Origin: an uncultured Gemmatimonadales bacterium
GTDB lineage: Bacteria > Gemmatimonadota > Gemmatimonadetes > Gemmatimonadales > GWC2-71-9
Length of the DNA stretch: 64,000 nucleotides
Assembly (NCBI GenBank): GCA_963730185.1
Contig: CAVSQW010000009.1
Coordinates: forward strand, 1 to 64,000
Reading direction: 5' to 3'
Shown: positions 62,316 through 64,000 of the stretch, piece after piece
How positions within the stretch are numbered: position 1 is the first letter of the stretch
How the letters are laid out: every line of letters begins with the position of its first letter
Translations under genes and position numbers: made by a program
Notes under the pieces: generated by a model
What the model saw: only the letters and a program-made list of their open reading frames with translations
What the model was told of the DNA's origin: nothing
Database searches by the model: none

Positions 62316-63229
62316 CCCGATGGATGTCGATCACCACCGGCGTCGCGCTGGCCCTGATGGGGCTCGCCGCCGGGGGGCGGCCCGCAGTCGCTCAAACCGA
62401 CAGCCGCCTCGCCACCGTGGTGCGCCTGGCCCAAGACGGCCTGGCCGACTCCGCCCGGGCCGAATTGCAGCGGGTCATGGGCGATCTGACTCCCACCGAC
62501 TCGCTCTATCCCCAGGCCCTCTATACCGAGGCTTTGGTGGCCGTGACCGACGGCGAGCGGAGGCTCGCGCTCCGTAAGATCGTCGTCGAGTACTCCCGGT
62601 CGTCCTGGGCGGACGACGCCATCCTCTTGCTCGGTCAGCTGGAGTATGCCAACGGCAACGCCGGCGGTACCGTCACCCAGATCACGAAGCTCCTGAACGA
62701 CTACCCCCTGAGCCCGCTCCGGGCCAGCGCGGCCTTCTGGGGCGCTCGGGCGGCCAGCGACCTGGGCAACGGCCCCCTGGCCTGCAAGTGGGTGGACATC
62801 GGCCTCGGCGCCCCGACCAACGACGTGGAGCTCACGAACCGGCTCGACTACCAGAAGCAGCGGTGCCAAGGCCTCGTGGCGATCGCGGCCGACTCCGCCA
62901 AAAGCGCCCCGACGCCCGTGCCCACGCCGGCTCCACCCCCGGCGCCTGCCCCTGCCCCGGCACCCTCTCCGTCGCCGCCAAGCCGGGCCGGCCCAGCCAA
63001 GGCCGGACCGGGCTACTACGTCCAGATCGTCGCGGCCCCGAGCCGTGACGCGGCCCAGGAACAGGAGAACAAGCTCAAGCGCCTCAATTATCCCAGCGTG
63101 ATCGTCGAGGAGGGTGGCTACTTCAAGGTGCGGGCGGGCCCCTTCACCAACCGGTCCGACGCTCAGAGCGCCCTCGACCGGATCGCTCGGGAGCTCGGCA
63201 TCAAGCCGTTCGTCGTGTCGGTGAAGTAA
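62312..63229 (+). CDS. SPOR domain protein with TPR-like N-terminus
   Basis: Signal peptide, Pro/Ala linker and YYVQIVA...YFKVRAGPF.NR..A. Confidence 0.85.
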   Translation: MTRWMSITTGVALALMGLAAGGRPAVAQTDSRLATVVRLAQDGLADSARAELQRVMGDLTPTDSLYPQALYTEALVAVTDGERRLALRKIVVEYSRSSWADDAILLLGQLEYANGNAGGTVTQITKLLNDYPLSPLRASAAFWGARAASDLGNGPLACKWVDIGLGAPTNDVELTNRLDYQKQRCQGLVAIAADSAKSAPTPVPTPAPPPAPAPAPAPSPSPPSRAGPAKAGPGYYVQIVAAPSRDAAQEQENKLKRLNYPSVIVEEGGYFKVRAGPFTNRSDAQSALDRIARELGIKPFVVSVK

Positions 63230-63230
63230 T

Positions 63231-64000
63231 TCACTCCATCCCGACCACCGTCTCCAGGTGGTCGCGGACCGACTCGTCCGGGGCCGCCGTCGGTGAGACA
63301 GGCGGCCCCTCTTCCTTGAGCAGCAGCCCGGGCAGCAGGGTGTTGCCGAGGGTATAGACGATGAGCCCGCCGAAGAGGTGGGGTGTCAGCCCGAATTGGT
63401 CGCGGAGGATCTCGGCGATCACCAACCCGAACACCAGCGTCGGCACCATCGCCAGGCCGATCCGGACCCCCGGCGTCCACGCCTCCCGGAGCGCCAGGCG
63501 CCGATGGGCCGCCACCAGACCGATCCGGAGCGGGGTGACCAGGGCCAGGAACCCGAAGCCGATCTCGAGCGCCTCGAGCGAGAAGTCGTCTCGGCTCAGG
63601 TGGAGGCCGGCGTTGAAGAAGTAGAACGGCACGAACACCGACGCGAAGACTTCCATGGCGTGGAGCATCTGCTCCGACGCCATCGCCGGGAGCCGCTTCC
63701 GAAAGCTCTGGGCCACCAGTCCCACGACGAAGGCGCCCACCAGGTAGTACACCCCGAGCCGCCGGGTCACCATCGCGGCAAGGGTCGCCAGCATCAGCAG
63801 GAAGGCGAACTCCGACTTGGGGGCGTAGGGCACCACGACCCGCGCGAACCACCGGAAGATCACCGGCAAGAGCGCCACCATCAGCAACAGCACGCCCGTG
63901 GACACGCCCAGCCGGGTCGTACTCTCCGACTGCAGGGTGAAGAAGAGCGCCCCGAACGCGACCAGCTCGGTCGCGATCGCCTTCGACTTGACCCAGAACC
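63231..64000 (-). CDS. cation:proton antiporter (CPA2/Kef-like), 3' part; runs off the right edge
   Basis: LGVYYLVGAFVVG...FVPFYFFNAG with multiple TM helices. Confidence 0.8.
   Translation of the reverse strand, partial: FWVKSKAIATELVAFGALFFTLQSESTTRLGVSTGVLLLMVALLPVIFRWFARVVVPYAPKSEFAFLLMLATLAAMVTRRLGVYYLVGAFVVGLVAQSFRKRLPAMASEQMLHAMEVFASVFVPFYFFNAGLHLSRDDFSLEALEIGFGFLALVTPLRIGLVAAHRRLALREAWTPGVRIGLAMVPTLVFGLVIAEILRDQFGLTPHLFGGLIVYTLGNTLLPGLLLKEEGPPVSPTAAPDESVRDHLETVVGME

Noticed and set aside
62900..62985. Pro/Ala repeat-like DNA
   Set aside because: This is an ordinary low-complexity linker before the SPOR domain.

Overview
This is a high-GC bacterial chromosomal window. A Gemmatimonadota/Acidobacteriota-like origin is inferred from the ADOP permease/PadR expansion, a PafBC-like WYL pair and many Gram-negative secreted proteins and lipoproteins. 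The left end (1-~7.7 kb) is a compositionally distinct, defence-like island: a DUF6361-type gene running off the edge, a small orphan ORF and a very large DUF4011-SF1 helicase-Vsr-like nuclease (Hhe-type architecture). A tandem PafB/PafC-like WYL regulator pair lies directly upstream. The middle is an accessory region with four ADOP permeases, two PadR genes, Fic, two ECF sigma modules, hydrolases and an RND efflux operon, ending at tRNA-Phe(GAA). The right end is core-like (ClC, ArsC/Spx, upp, beta-CASP nuclease, NUDIX, holA, SPOR, antiporter). About 15 or more single-base frameshifts, including one in holA, suggest assembly indel errors. Four signals are not explained by the ORF track: (1) an ArsC/Spx-family gene with an in-frame TGA at the first Cys of CxxC followed by a SECIS-like hairpin (candidate selenoprotein); (2) an ECF sigma / YciI-domain anti-sigma locus with four copies of a TGCAAC[CG]-N14/15-G[AG]CAC motif in two back-to-back pairs; (3) a ~120-bp fold-back repeat in three copies with compensatory stem changes; (4) recurrent leaderless-type promoters. 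All family assignments come from motif recognition, not database searches.
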